Source of the DNA: Hemiscyllium ocellatum
Lineage: Eukaryota
DNA length: 64,000 bases
Direction of reading: 5' to 3'
Assembly (NCBI RefSeq): GCF_020745735.1
Contig: NC_083409.1
Span: 15,471,873 to 15,535,872 of the forward strand
The position numbers and the translations under genes are program-made. The notes below the pieces were generated by a model. The model searched no databases and was not told the DNA's origin. It saw only the letters and a list, made by a program, of their open reading frames with translations. Shown piece by piece: positions 1-13,400 of the stretch. Every line of letters begins with the position of its first letter. Position 1 is the first letter of the stretch.

Positions 1-1259
1 CTGCTCCGACACTTTACGGAATCTCTGATTGTCTGTCTCTGTCCCACCTCCGTTCTTCCACTGCAGAAACCTCGTCAATGTCTGTCTTACTTCCAGACTT
101 GACGATTGTATTATATTACTTGTTCTATTCCAGAAAGCCGATTGGTGAAGGATAATACCAGAACCAGTCTTTGCACCATTTAAATTAATTTATATGATTA
201 TACATTGCAGGCAAGCTATTTGTATTCCTTTAATTAAATCTGTGAGAATTTCAATTTTAATTGCTCCATTAATGGAAAAGCCTTCAGTTACTAAGACAGT
301 GACCTCTTTAATCCCCTCCCTGAACTTTACTTCTGTCTGTGTCACTTACCTCCTACAAGACACTCGAACTGTATGACAGATTTCACATCTGCCCTTGGAT
401 CTCTGTGAGGCTCAGTATCATGTTTTATTCTATTTCTGTGAAGCTACTTGGTTTGTTTTATCATATGAAAGATTTGTTATAAATGCAAGTTTTTAAAGAT
501 AAAACAGGAAGAAAACAGGTAACTGTGAAATAAAGCATCCGAGCAGATTTGAAAAGTGATGACTGTGCTTAAAAAAGCCTCAACTTTCAGATGTGGAGAT
601 ATGATGGGTGGGTACATGCACTTTTTAAAAAAAAAATTGACAACGTGTCATACATGAGATTAATTGGCAAGGAATTAAGGCAAGGATAGCAAACGGGATT
701 TAAACAGATAGAACGGTGGAAATATAGAAAAGGATTTGGGGAAGTTCCAGAGTGGTTCAAGAAAGTCGTGGTTTCTGGCTTTGCTTCTGGGGGCACTTTT
801 ATTTTCGGTGTTCATTTCATAATTTGATTATGTGCTAAGAGCGTGTGGTGTCGAAATTCAAAGTATTGTAAAATAAGAAGAATGATGAGTGTTTTGGAAA
901 AGTTAAGGAAGCTGTGAGGGGTTTTGAGAAGAAGCTTAAAAAGGAGTAGAAAGCTTTTGTTTTCACTCCATCAAGTAAATTTTGTATTGAGTTTGAGTAC
1001 TCAATCTTAAAAAATATACTGTTTAATGATCTGGATCTCACTCCATGTGGAAACCTTGACTTTCATTACATGGCTGAGAATAAATTGGAAATGAATTCCA
1101 GCCTGTGTCTGATTTGTCAGACATATTCTGAGATATAAAACAAAGGTTGTCGTTTGTTTGTCTCCTGTTTTCATGCTTTGATTTCACAGTTTATTAAAAC
1201 CATGTATTGTTCATTAATGTTTTGAAATGAATTCCATCATTTTTGTTCCTGACCTTCAG

Positions 1260-1537
1260 TATCTAGATTGACCAACAGTATGTGTACTTTGCAGCAGGGC
1301 AGCCCAGTGCAGGAGCCCCAGTCCCGAAAAGATGTGCCCCGAAAAATCCAAGGGGAAATTAACTTTGCTTTTGCTGAAGATGCAGTCGAGATTGTGACAC
1401 TGGTTCATGGAGCGGCTGAGGAGCTGTACAAATGGCAGGAACTTGGCCATGATTTGGGGGATTTGCAAATACCCCCAGACTTTGTGAATTCTAAATGGAA
1501 GGATGATGAGAGTGTCAGCAGAAGAGCTTACTGTGAG
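1260..1537 (+). CDS. CEP350: CEP350-like, internal coding exon (5' boundary uncertain)
   Basis: Translates ...AVEIVTLVHGAAEELYKWQELGHDLGDLQIPPDF...ESVSRRAYCE, resembling the CEP350 C-terminus (EVEILVHNAAEELWKWKELGHDL). Donor GAG|GTGAGA at 1537/1538, phase 0. Acceptor ttcag at 1255-1259 is one of several candidates. Confidence 0.85.
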
Positions 1538-2029
1538 GTGAGACCCAGATTTTGCATTTGAAAACAAAATTATTTTTTCTTTGTTAAGCAAGAAACGTGT
1601 GGGTTAAGAGTGCTCCATTGCAGCTCTGATTGATGATATGTATAACAGAGCATGTTAAAAACATTATCTCGATCCTGATGACTGCATTGAATTCAATTTA
1701 CCATTTTGCCCCTTCCCTAAAAATCCAAAGCCCCTTTCTCCTCCACTGTTTGTACTCTCCCATTATTAATTTATCATCATCATCATCATCATACTATTAT
1801 CCGTTAAATCCCATCTGTCATAACTTTGCCCAGTCTGAGAATCTGTAGATTCCGTTTCTATTTACATAATATATAGTGTCCCTTCCAGCCACTCAGTGTT
1901 TTTTATTTCAAATTCTTCTTTATCGTTTCTGTCTTTCTATTGCTGTTTCCATTGGTTGATAATACAATATTTGATTATTATTCACCTTCTTAAAACTCTC
2001 TAGAATCTTGATCTAGAAGCTAGAATCAC

Positions 2030-3030
2030 AGGTCATTCCGTAACTTTCAGATAAAGAAAGCCTGAGAAGTTGAACTTCTCAATCTGTGATCATGTCTGTA
2101 CCTCTTTTCCTGATAACATCTTGAGAATTTGCACGATGTTGAGATTCCCAAAGTTGACCAAAGTATTCTAAGATCTTATGCAGCTTAACGTGGCTGTAAT
2201 TGTTTGTGTCTATGTGGCCTTTGCTCTCATCTGATTAGGATCTTACCATTTCAGGTGTAATTCCTTTTCTTATCCACACGATGTATTACTTCATCCCACT
2301 CTTAACTTCAATTCCATCTTTCGGTAAATATTCTTCTGTAACTGTCACTGCAGTATAGTTCCATCTCTGTCCCTTCAACCCAAGTTGGAATCATTTGATT
2401 CCTTTCTCTTAAATTCCCAAGTCAAGATTATGTTTATTACGATAACAATTAAGGACGATCTGAGTATGGGCTCCTGTGGACCCCTTCCATTCTCCACACC
2501 TTTCTTGTGTGAAATCTTTATTTTACCCTGACCTGCATTTTCCCAACTACCTCTATTCACTTGACTGTGCTCCCCTTCATTTGAGGTGCCCCTGAGTTTT
2601 GCCTTTGGTTTTCTCACAGGTAACTACTTGAAATAATTTCTGAAAATCCATGTAAACCATGTACACTTTTTTCCCACTAATCTGCTCCTTTACTAATACA
2701 GCCTTGTCAAATCGCTTGCTCGTTCACAACCTGCTAATTAGAAATTCATGCTAATTGCTATTGTCTCTTTAACTGCTCGTCTTTCACTCCATGCTGTTTA
2801 CTCTTAATTTACCAACAAATGACACAAAACTAACTGATTGAGAAATTCCTGTTTTTCTTCTTATTGAATGAGGAGTTAGCTGCCCTCCAACCCTCTGGTC
2901 GAATTTTAGGAGGTAATAATTGGAGCCATGATAGTTTGTTTTCTATTTACAGCATGTCCCACAGATGTCATTCATTTTGTTTCAAAGATTTGCCTCCTTT
3001 TATGTTGTGGTGCCTTCCTTAGTATTATGT
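2030..3030 (-). mobile_element. Decayed CR1-type LINE fragments
   Basis: Reverse-complement similarity to other CR1 copies in this window; heavily degenerate, boundaries approximate. Confidence 0.45.
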
Positions 3031-3302
3031 AGGTAATCTTGTCTAATACATCTGCACCTAGCCTTGGTAGTTCTGCAATCCTTTTAAACCCTTTCTCTCA
3101 TCTCTCTTTTGCCTTCTCTACTGGAATCAATGAAATTCTAAATTTATCCTTGATTCAGATCGTGAATCAAACAGTTGTTATTTTATATATTTTGAACAGT
3201 ATTCCCTTTTATTTTCACTGTCGTGATCTAACAAGCTTTTTTTTGGGTGGAGAGGACGTATCTAATATAATATTTTCTTTGTTACTCTTTTACTACTTCC
3301 AG

Positions 3303-3449
3303 CTTATCTTTAATGTGACAAGGGAAATCTTTGCTGACATCTTTTCTGACGACCTCCGTGCCAGCCCAGCCCCGTGGATGAAGCCAAGCCGAATTAGCTC
3401 TTTGTTCTTCAAACGAGCGAGGAACCCACAGAATTTAAATGAAGTGAAG
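3303..3449 (+). CDS. CEP350: CEP350-like coding exon
   Basis: ttccag|CTT...AAG|gtaata; 147 bp, phase 0/0. LIFNVTREIFADIFSDD...PWMKPSRISSLFFKRARNPQNLNEVK resembles CEP350 VFDLTKEIF...VWMKPCRINSSYFRRVKNPNNLDEIK. Confidence 0.92.
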
Positions 3450-3544
3450 GTAATAACTCCATGTAATCCTTTTTTCCTATTTGTCAGTAATAATGTGACA
3501 AACGTGATGCTGGTTGGAGTTAAAGTATGTAGATTGAGTAAGTG

Positions 3545-4500
3545 AGTGACTCAACTTGTAAACAGTGGTCACTATCCTGACTGGGAAATCTGTCACTGCT
3601 TCTTGGAAGTCCCTCCCTAATGAGATTGTGGGTGTAGCTCAGCACCATCTTCTCAAGGACAACCAGGAAGGGGCAATAAGGGCTGGCCAGCCAGTGACAT
3701 CCACATTTCATGAATTATCAGAAAAAAATTCCTCGATGCTCATTGAGTACCAAGGAACTCCATTTTAATTCTAAACTCCTCAATGACCATTTTTTAAATG
3801 ACTCAGAGGGTCTGGGCATCGCCGGCTGGCCAGCATTTAATCACTGATCCTAGTTGCTTTTGAGAACCTGGTAAGCTGTCTTTTGTAACCACTGCCGTCC
3901 ATGAGCTGTAGGTAGACCCACAATGTCCTTCGGGAGGGAATTCCCAGAATTTGATACAGCAATCCTGAAGAAACAATTATATTTTTCGAAGTCAGAATGA
4001 TGAGTGGCTTGGAGGGGAACTTGCAGGTTGCGGTCTGCTGGTCGTGTCCTTCTTGATCTAAATGGTCACAGATTTGGGAGGATCTGGCGAAAGATCTCTG
4101 AATTTCTGCAATGCATCTCGTAGATTGTACACACTGCTGCTACTGAGTGGAGGGTGGTGGAGGGCATGGCTGCTTGCGGATGTGGTGCCAATCAAGTGGG
4201 CTCCTTTGCCTTGGATGTGGCGAGCTTTTTGTGTGTTACTGGAGCTGCACTCATTCAGGCAAGTGGGGCGTATTCCATCAGACTCCTGACTTGTGCTTTG
4301 TACTCGGTTTGCTATGGGAAATTAGGAAGTGAGTTATACACCCCAGTATTCCAAGCCTCTGACCTGCCCTTGTAGCCCAAAGTATTTATATAATGAGTCC
4401 AAATGAGTTTCTGGTCCATGATCACCCCCATGATGTTCATTGTGGAAGATTCAGTGATGGTAATACCATTGAATGTCAAGGGCCATTGGTAAAATTGTCT
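3545..4500. mobile_element. Two opposed 3'-end fragments of the LINE family also seen at 46336-48482 (3545-3727 +, 3795-4500 -)
   Basis: Shares the 3' tail (...ttctcaagg...gggcaataa...gctggccagccagtgac...) and the gattggcaccacatc block with copies at 14575-14965, 21990-22486 and 47840-48482. Confidence 0.65.
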
Positions 4501-4502
4501 CT

Positions 4503-5515
4503 TAGAGTCGTAGAGATGGACAGCTCAGAAACAGACCCTTCGGTTCAACTTGTCCATACAGACCAGTTATCCGAGATAAAATCTAGTCCCATTTGCCAGC
4601 ATTTCGTCCATTTCCACTTAAACCCTTCCTATTCATATACACCACCAGATGCCTTTTAAATATCGCCATTATGCCAGCTGCCTCCACTTCCTCTGGCAAC
4701 TCATTCCATGTACACACCACCCCCTGCATGAAACAATTACCTGTTACGTATCATTTAAATGTTTCCCCTCTCACCTCTGCTCTCTATTTTTGGAATTGCC
4801 TTCACCAGGGAAAAGACTTGTCTATTTACCCTGTCCATACCACTCATAATTTTATAAATCTTTTCACAGCCGCCTCTCAGCCTCTGGTGCTCCAGGGAAT
4901 GTAACCCCAACCAATTCATTCTCTTCCTATACCAGAACACCCCCCACCCAGGCAACACCCTTGTAAATCTTTGCATAACCCTTTCAAGATTCACAACATC
5001 CTTCCAAGAGCAGGGAGTCCAGAATTGCACAGAATATTCTAAAAGAGGCCTGATCAGTGTCTTATTCAGCTGCAACATGACCTCCCAACTCCTGTACTCA
5101 ATGCCCTGACCAATAAAGGCAAACATATCAAACACCACCTTCACTGTCCTGTTTACTTGTGACTCCACTTTCAAGGAACTATGAACCTGCACTCCAAGGT
5201 CTCTTTGCTCAGCAACACTCCCCAGGACTTTACCATTGAGTGTATAAGTCCTGCCCTTATTTGCCTTTCCAAAATGCAGCACCTCACATTTATGTAAACT
5301 AAACTTCATCTGCCACTCCTCAGCCCATCTGAACAAGATCCTGTTGTATTCTGAACCTTCTTCACTGTCCACTGCACCTTCAATTTTGGTGTTATCTGCA
5401 AACTTACTAACCATACTATATTCCATGTTCACATCCAAATCATTTATGTAAATGACGAAAAGCAGTGAACCCAGCACCGATCCTTGTGGCACACCACTGG
5501 TCACAGGCCTCCTAC
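4503..5515 (-). mobile_element. CR1 LINE, 5'-truncated RT C-terminus and 3' end
   Basis: ORF 4755-5528: VTSGVPQGSVLGSLLFVIYINDLD...SKFADNTK...RPLLEYSVQFW, the canonical CR1 RT motifs. Confidence 0.93.
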
Positions 5516-7232
5516 TGGGAATGGTCATTGACTGGCAGTTTTGGTCCGAATACTATTTGCCTCTTGCCAGTCCAAACCTACATATTGTCCAGATCTTGTT
5601 GCCTTTGAACATAACTCCTCAGATATTGAAACAGTCTATGAATGGTACTGAATATTGTGCGATCATCCGCACTTCTGACCTTAAGATGGAAGTAAGGTCA
5701 GGAACTGAGGAACCCCATTTTATTCTGATCCTCGAGGAAGCTCATTTTACTCCAAACTGGAGACACAATGTAATAGTTCTGAGTGTTAGCTATGGCTCAG
5801 TGGCACTCTTCCTCAGTCAGCAGAGGGGATTAAGCAAACGCTGAAGTGAAGTCCTGGATGACAGTCCTGGTGCAGTACTGAAGTATTGTTTTCAAAGTGA
5901 GGCCCCATTTTCCCCCTTGGGTGAGTTTTTTTTTAGAAAAGGTTTTTAGTGCAACTTTGAAGAGGAGTGAAGTTCTCCCTCATGGTCCTGGTCAATCAGG
6001 AGTCATTATGGCTAAACGTTTACTGAACCATTTGTATAATTTGTGGGAACTTGCTGTGTGAAAGTTTGTTGCAGCTTTTGATGATATTATAATAGTGGCT
6101 GTACTTCAAAGGTTGGGAACAACATGGTACAAGTGAGATAAGTGATATGCTGTTTTTGACAATTTGAGGTTAAGGTGGGTGACTTTAGCATTGGTTACAA
6201 AGTATTGTCCAGCACGAAGACCAAGTTCTTTACAATTCCAACAATGCAACTTGTGGCACTGACATTGAAGTGTACACTGGATGACTCCTTCCAGTAACTC
6301 AGACTTGCAACACTGCAATGTGAACTTTTTACCACAGTCTAAAGTCGACATCAACCTTCTCATTGTCTGACTTCCCCTTGTGCACAGTTTGTGAAGTGTT
6401 GCACTTTGCCAGGGACTGAGAATGGACATGTGTAAATCAGCTTTTCATCCACACAGCAAATTTGGAACTGTTCATTTCCTTTGCTTTGTCTTTATAACTT
6501 GACTCAAATGTATCTTCAGTCTGAACTGTTTCACACACCAACATTTCTGTGCATGTTACTTGCCTTTGATGGTGTTAGCCAAGAAACCTATCAAAATCTT
6601 CCTGCCTGGAGCCATGTGAGGCAGTGGTCAGTGGCTAGGTCATATAGCTTTGAAGCACTCATCTGTTAAATTGAGAATGATTTGACCATCCTGAAATGCT
6701 GGGAGCGCTGTATGAATCCATGTCAGCCCCAATATTTATTGTGAGACTTCCCACAGCGCTGATCTTCAGTTGGCTGCCTACAGTCGATTAAAGGCAGAAC
6801 ATTTTTGGAATTTGACGAAGCAGAGGCTTCTTCGAAGATGCTGTAGGCAAAGTGCTGAACCATGTAATGCAGTGAATAATTCATCATTTCTCAGCCAAGG
6901 TCCTAGGCAAAGGAACATTTCAAACCTTCTTTCAATTTGGCAGCATCGCATGTTACCTTAAAGTTGTATTGTCTGTGCTTTTGGATCTCACTAATGTTAT
7001 TCATTTCAGTTATAATTAAGTTTCAAAGCATTTAGCAGATTTTTGTTTCATTGAACATGCTTTGAGTTCCATCCAATTTTACATAATTCTGAATGGGGGA
7101 AGAATCAGAAGGTCGAAGCATCAAAGTCTTCGTTGAGCAGTTTTAGGGAAGAATAATGGATTGGGAGTGGGTTTGTCTGTGTATTTAGGGTGGGTGCAAC
7201 AGCTGCCATTTCTCCTGTGCTTCTACCCACAG

Positions 7233-7355
7233 ATCTTCATTTCTAATGAAGTTTTGAAGTTATTTGGGTTGAATGAAGAGCAACATCAGAAGACGACTTG
7301 GCAGAAGTTGAAGAAATTTGGCACCAAACAACGTGATCGGGTGGACCATATTTTG
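7233..7355 (+). CDS. CEP350: CEP350-like coding exon
   Basis: cccacag|ATC...TTG|gtaggt; 123 bp, phase 0/0. IFISNEVLKLFGLNEEQHQKTTWQKLKKFGTKQRDRVDHIL resembles CEP350 SFIASEVLKLF...WQKMMKFGRKKRDRVDHIL. Confidence 0.93.
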
Positions 7356-7675
7356 GTAGGTGCTTCAGTTTAGGAACTGTTCAGTTTTATATTGTATCAT
7401 TGTATCACAATTACGAAACCTCATTGTACATCTGAATTTTCTATTATTTTAAATGACAAAGGCTTTATCTGTCTTTGGCTGACCTGTCTGGCTATCCTGC
7501 ATTTGTCCAGAAAATGCTTCAACTTTCTGACTGAATTGAAAACTTGGCCCTCGCTGGAGTAATTTGCTGAAATTCATTAGTTGCCACAAAAGTTTCAAAG
7601 AAATTCAGAAGTACATTGAATTCCTCACTCACCTAATGAAAGCAAATTACTGCAGATGCAGGAATCTGAAACCAG

Positions 7676-7815
7676 AAGAGAAAATGCTGGAAAATCTCAG
7701 TAGGTCTGGCAGCATCTGTAAGGAGAGAAAACAGTCAGTTAGACTCGAAATGTCAGCTCTTTTCTCTCCTTACAGATGCTGCCAGACCTGCTGAGATTGT
7801 CCAGCATTTTCTCTT
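7676..7815. repeat. Penelope-terminus-derived inverted repeat (~55-bp arms, 30-bp spacer)
   Basis: aagagaaaatgctggaaaatctcagtaggtctggcagcatctgtaaggagagaaa and its reverse complement at 7761-7815, with 2 mismatches. Confidence 0.85.
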
Positions 7816-10005
7816 TTAGTTCCTCACTTACCTGTCTTTTAGACCCAGTTTTACAGAAAGTACAGGTCAGGGTTCTTTGCTTAACAAGAGTTACAGTTTG
7901 TTACAAAAAAAATGCAAATAATTACCAACCACTGGCATATAACTACTAACTAAAACTAACAAGCCCTCCCACATACATTCCTCATTACACATACACAGAT
8001 AGAAAAACAGGGACAAAGTGCACTGGGTGTTTTGCATAAAGAGAAAGACTGGGAACGTACTTCCATGGTACCTATTGATCGCCTTTCTTGAGATAATCCT
8101 TGTGCTGATCAGAATGCTGTTCCTTGATCTTCCTTCTCCAGATGCTTCCATTTGTTTTCAGGAGGCACAGGGTGACTAGTTCACATGTGTACAAGTCTGT
8201 AACTTATCAATTAATAGCCACAGCTTACAGCAAGTGCTGAAGGGAAAAGAAGCTGGTTTTCTTCAGACTTTTCACTGTGGAGACAGATCCTCAACTTGTG
8301 GAGATCTTGTGATTTCTCAATTCACTTGTATACAGCCTCGGCTGATCAGCTACCTGGGAGCCAATCTCCGTTTTTGTCCAAAGGATATTTGTCTGTGGCC
8401 TAGTGACTAGTTAGCTACTTACTATTGACTGAAGCTCCCATTGAACACAGCCCTTGGCTGGAGCTTGTCTGAAAGTGAGTAGCACTTAGTGTGTGTCAGG
8501 GAACTTGCTAATGAAAAGTGCCAGCAATCCCTGACCAAACCTTGGGTTTTAAAATTGCTTTATCCCCATTTGAGTCGAAAATCAAAAGTATAGAAAAATT
8601 AGAAGACAGTTTTTGCAGACCTTTCCAGTCCTCCCCATGTGTTGGTGTGTCACAGCACAACATGTGTCAGCAGATTGATGAGTTTAACAGGTCTGTAAGA
8701 ACACTGTTATCTTCAGGCCACACCACCACCTTGTCTTGGTCAGATATCACCTTTCCTTTTATATTTACATGGTTAATCTCCTGGAATCCCTGAGCTTGCA
8801 GTGCTGTGGGAGTACCTTCAACACGCAGGCTACAGCACTTCAAGATAAATATCTTTCCAAAGAGAAATGGTTTGTGGGGGGGTGCGGGGGGCAACATGCA
8901 TCCCAACACTGAAGTTTTAAAAAATTGGGTGCTTGGTACGCCAAAAATTTCAAATCATTGCCTTTTTTCCCTCTTTGGATCAAACACTTCCAGCTGATAG
9001 TGTGCGTCCATTAGGCAAGGGTTGGAAGTCTCTGCTCTGCACCAGCTCAAGTAGTGATACCGTCAGGCCACAGCTACACCAGGGCAGAGGGCCAGCCTAA
9101 AGTTAAAACATGTAATTCAGTTACACTCACCAGCTCTTTCCTTGTGGTGGGCATTCCTTTCTGGTTGTGCATACTGAGTAAAACATCTCCACTCGTTTAT
9201 GATGTTACTGGCAATATTGGTGATTGATCTCACTGGTTTGAGGAGTTGTGGCATTGGAATCAAATTCAAAACCAGGTAGGAACAGGATTAAGCCAGCAGG
9301 ACCCTTCAGTCTGTTCTCGTACTCCTAATCATAGCTGATTTGTATCTACCTTTGTATATTGATCTCCTAATTTTTCCGAACTGTTATTTGACCTTACAAA
9401 TATCTGTCAAAACTTGTATTGAAATGCTGTAACAGTCAGAATAGTTTTTAAGGCTGGAAGGAATCAGATTATTTTAGTATTGTTTGTGTGACAATAGGCT
9501 TCTTCACATCATCCCCCTAATCAACCTAAGTCTTATTTTCCTGTATGCCCTATTTCTGGCATGCCTCGTAAAAGGAACTAGTTTCTCACTTCCTTCGCTG
9601 TCAAATCGTTTAATCATCTCAGTCACTTCTATAGATCCACCCCCTAGTCATCTTTACTCAAGAGAATACAGGCCTCGTTTATCAAATAAAAGTAAAAAAT
9701 GCTGGAAATATTCAGGTCAGACCTAATTTATGTAGCCTGTCCTTAACCTTCTCAGACTTGGTATTGTTTTGTACAAGAATAACTAGTGACTCTCCATTGA
9801 TCTCGCAGCGAGCCCTCCAGAACTCCTGTCCAAGCTCCACTTGCTGTGTGGGAATAGCCACTTGTGTGATACTGGACACAAGGAAAGTGGGAGGCCTGCA
9901 GTTTGAGTGATTTCAGGGCAAACGCTGCTCAGTACGAGAGGAAAGAGCTGTAACAAATAAATCTTGATATAAAAACAATAACACCCTCTCTGTTTTTTCT
10001 GGCAG

Positions 10006-10170
10006 GTTCAAGAGCTTTATGAGCAGGAAGCCCAATGGGTGAATTATGATGAGGATGAGCTTTGTGTGAAGATGCAGTTGGCAGATTATATTTTTGAAGT
10101 TCTGATAAAAGACACAATAAATGTACTGAATCAGATTCAGGGGCAACAGTTAAGACTCATGTTATCCTAA
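10006..10170 (+). CDS. CEP350: CEP350-like terminal coding exon (DUF4378-type C-terminus)
   Basis: ggcag|GTT...TAA; 165 bp. VQELYEQEAQWVNYDEDELCVKMQLADYIFEVLIKDTINVLNQIQGQQLRLMLS* is nearly identical to the CEP350 end motif. Not in the ORF track because it lacks a start codon. Confidence 0.95.
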   Translation, partial: VQELYEQEAQWVNYDEDELCVKMQLADYIFEVLIKDTINVLNQIQGQQLRLMLS

Positions 10171-10839
10171 CATGGGCCATGCCATCGGCCAACTTGTGGA
10201 CTCCAGAAAAAAAACAAACATCATGCCCCGAGCAGAGGAGAATCCACCTCGGCCTCTAAACTCCTCTCTCTGATTGAGTTTTGACATTTGGCATAGAATT
10301 TCCTCCATAAGTAGTTGGTTTGGGATATCGATCCTTACTGGAGTCAGACGACTGGCAGGATGTGGATACCAAAAGTGCCAACCTTTCTCCTGACCTATTT
10401 ATATACAACCCGACCCCATTTATTTATCCAAACTGTAGCATGGACTTGAATTCAAAGAAGTTTGCACATTTAATTTTGTTTTTGTATTTACACCTACGTT
10501 TACCTTTTTAAAAAGTATATCTAGTGGTGCGATGATATGTGTTTGGTGTATGTTAGCTCTGAGACTCTGAACAATAGCTGATACGAGACACTGAATACTC
10601 CCTCTGAGTGAGGAGGACTATATCTGCATGACTGAAGTGGAAGGCAGAAGTATTGAGGATTTTAAATACTTGCACTTACTTCATTATAAGTCTTGATTTT
10701 ATTTTTTGGTTTTAAATTATTTCAGAATGGACAATTGATTTTTATTCATGTAAATGGACTGTATTTGCGATTTTCAGGAAAACGTTGAAAACTTTGAGCA
10801 GCTTTTGAGATCACTTGCACTAATTCAGAACTTCTTCTG

Positions 10840-10970
10840 AACTCTCTCTCTCTCTCTCTCTCTCATTCAGAACTCTCTCTCTCTCTCCCCTTCAGAACTC
10901 ACTCTCTTTTGCTCTCTCTCTCTCTCATTCAGAACTCTCTCTCTCGCCCCTTCAGAACTCATTCTCTTTT

Positions 10971-11005
<35 letters not shown>
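10840..11005. repeat. Compound (CT)n microsatellite with a duplicated ~62-bp unit
   Basis: attcagaactctctc...ccccttcagaactca(c/t)tctcttttgctctctc occurs twice in tandem. Confidence 0.9.
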
Positions 11006-11009
<4 letters not shown>

Positions 11010-11101
11010 TACAGGAATCTCTTTTTCTCCCTCCTTTCTCACCACTCCTGATCATTTCTATTGCATGGTGCTTCTGTCTGTTAATTTTCTCGAATGTTCC
11101 T

Positions 11102-13400
11102 CTTTTTTTAGTAAATATTTATTGAAAATAATTATATTATAATACAGTAATGTGAATAAACCGCCGGCTACTGTTCAAGATACAGTTGTCTCATATTTTG
11201 CTTAACTTAAAACAAATCAGCACAAACTCAAATTAAATAAAATAACACTAAATTTAAGTACAATCCATTAAAATTAAATTGCACTACTTGTACTATATTA
11301 CATGACTCCACTCGCCGCACTCTCCATCAAAGCTCCTGTCCACAGGAACAACAGTGATTATACCCATATTTATGAGATCACCCACCAAATCCCCGTGATC
11401 CCCGGACCACCACATACAGCCCTCGTGCCTCTATAAAGGCCCTAATCAGTACTGCCGACAGATCCATGTTGATGTAAATTAGAAAGGGCTGCCATGTCTT
11501 ATAAAATTGCTCCATTCCGTGGTGCCCCATACTGTCAGGTAATCTTGAGGGACGTGCTCCATCACAAGTCTGTGCCACCTTGAAAGACCTGGAGGCTTTG
11601 CTGATATTCAATTCATTAGGATGTCCTTCCTCACACAATGTGTAAGAATGTTGAATAACCTCTTCCCGTGCTCACCCAAAGAGGGAAGTTTCGGTCGTTC
11701 CCAAAAGGAGAGACACCAGATCCTCCCAAACTTCCATTCCCAGGATTGTCTCCAGTTCATTCACTTTGGCCCCCCCCGGATCCACAGATCTTGTAACAGG
11801 ACCAAAAGCAATGTGTAAGGATGTCAATACTGTTTTTACATTTGGGACATTTCGGGGAAGACCCTTTCTTAAACTTTGCTAACCTCTCTGGCTCCATTTG
11901 GTTCCTGGGGAGGATCTTCAATTGCATTGCTTGTGCCTTATTGTAGATTGAATTTTTTTTTTACATTCCCTCATTAATCCTCCTACATTTCCGATGAGAT
12001 TTCTTCCCTTAACTCCTGATTCCAAATCTCCCTGACTCTCTCCAATTCCCCCAAGGCATTCCCTCTCTGCAGATGATATGAGGTACTAACTGAAAGAGCG
12101 CCCCCTCATCGGAGCACTCTTCATTCTATATCCGACTTGTTGGGCTGGGCCAAAAACGTAGTCTTCTTCTGTATGTAATCCCTAACCTGGAAATATCGGA
12201 AAAGATCCCAATTAGGGATTTCGTATTTCTGACCTAATTGGCGAAAAGACATCAAGACCCCTCAGTCAAATAAATCTCCCAGACAGGGTATTCGATTACG
12301 CTCCCATGCTCTGAAGCTGGAGTCCTTTGATCCCAGTCTAAATCCTGGGGCTCCCACTAACGGGGTGAACTACAAATAGCCTCCACCCTGCCGCATTATC
12401 CTCCATCTTTACTGTATTTATGATAATCAGACTTTCACAATGCGCACCTACCGATCTCATCTTGTCCATGAACAGTACGTTTCTAAAGGGACATCTCACC
12501 TGCGAGGCCTCTGCATCAAGCCACATCGACTTTGAGTCATTACGCACCCATTCACCTACATATAGCAACAGGGTGCTGCTTTGATACTCTTCAGATCTGG
12601 GAGGTCCACCGCCCACCCTCCATATCCTGCGGAAGTTGCAATTTGGTAAATTTAATTAAGTTGTGCCGACAGCACCAAATAAATGACCCAAGCCATCCCA
12701 CAAACCTCCGCAGCACCTGGTTGGGTAATAACAAAGGGAGCATCCTCACAGGATAGAACCACCAAGGAACAACATTCACTTTAATCAAGGCTATACGGCC
12801 GAGCCATGATCTGGGTATTCCCTCCCATCGCTGCAAGTCCTGCTTTACCCTCTCAAACAGCGACACGAGGTTAGCTCCATACAGTTGTGGGAAGTGAGGG
12901 GTAATAAAAATTCCCAGATAGGGAAAACCTTTCTGTGACCATCTAAAAGGAAACTCCATTCCGTCCTCCAGTTTCAGTACCTGCACCAATCTCCCACAGG
13001 CAGGACTTCCGATTTTGGAAAATTTATTCTGTATCCTGAAAAGTTGACGAATAATTTAATGTTTTTTTATTAGCCAGGGTATGGACTTTTCAGAGTTAGC
13101 TAAAAACAGGAGGACGTTGTCCGTATAGAGAGTGATTTTTGTTTCCACAACTCCCACCTTCGGTGCCGTTATTTCAGGGTCTTTTCAGACAGTCCCTGCC
13201 AGTGGTTCAAGTACCAAGGTAAACGGGAGGGGCAACAGGGAACATCCCTGTCAGCTACCCCTCCCCACACCAAAATTACTCAATTTCATATTATTCGCGA
13301 TAACGCCATCCAGATTCATCTCTCCCATCAACCAATCAAGTCATACTCTCTCCCTTTCTCAACCTATCCCCACCTCACCACACAGCTCCCCCAACACCCA
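11102..13400 (-). mobile_element. L1-clade LINE, 5'-truncated ORF2 (RT to 3' end), degenerate
   Basis: Minus strand gives GS*QGCSLLPLPFTLVLEPLA...KITLYTDNVLLFL and FPYLGIFIT...DLQRWEGIPRSWLGRIALIKVNVVP, matching L1 ORF2 motifs. AATAAA at 11118-11123 (-) precedes an A-rich tail. Confidence 0.88.

Noticed and set aside
7830-9130. Possible LTR/Gypsy remnant in the last CEP350-like intron
   Set aside because: Looks repeat-derived, but I could not recover a diagnostic protein motif or paired LTRs.
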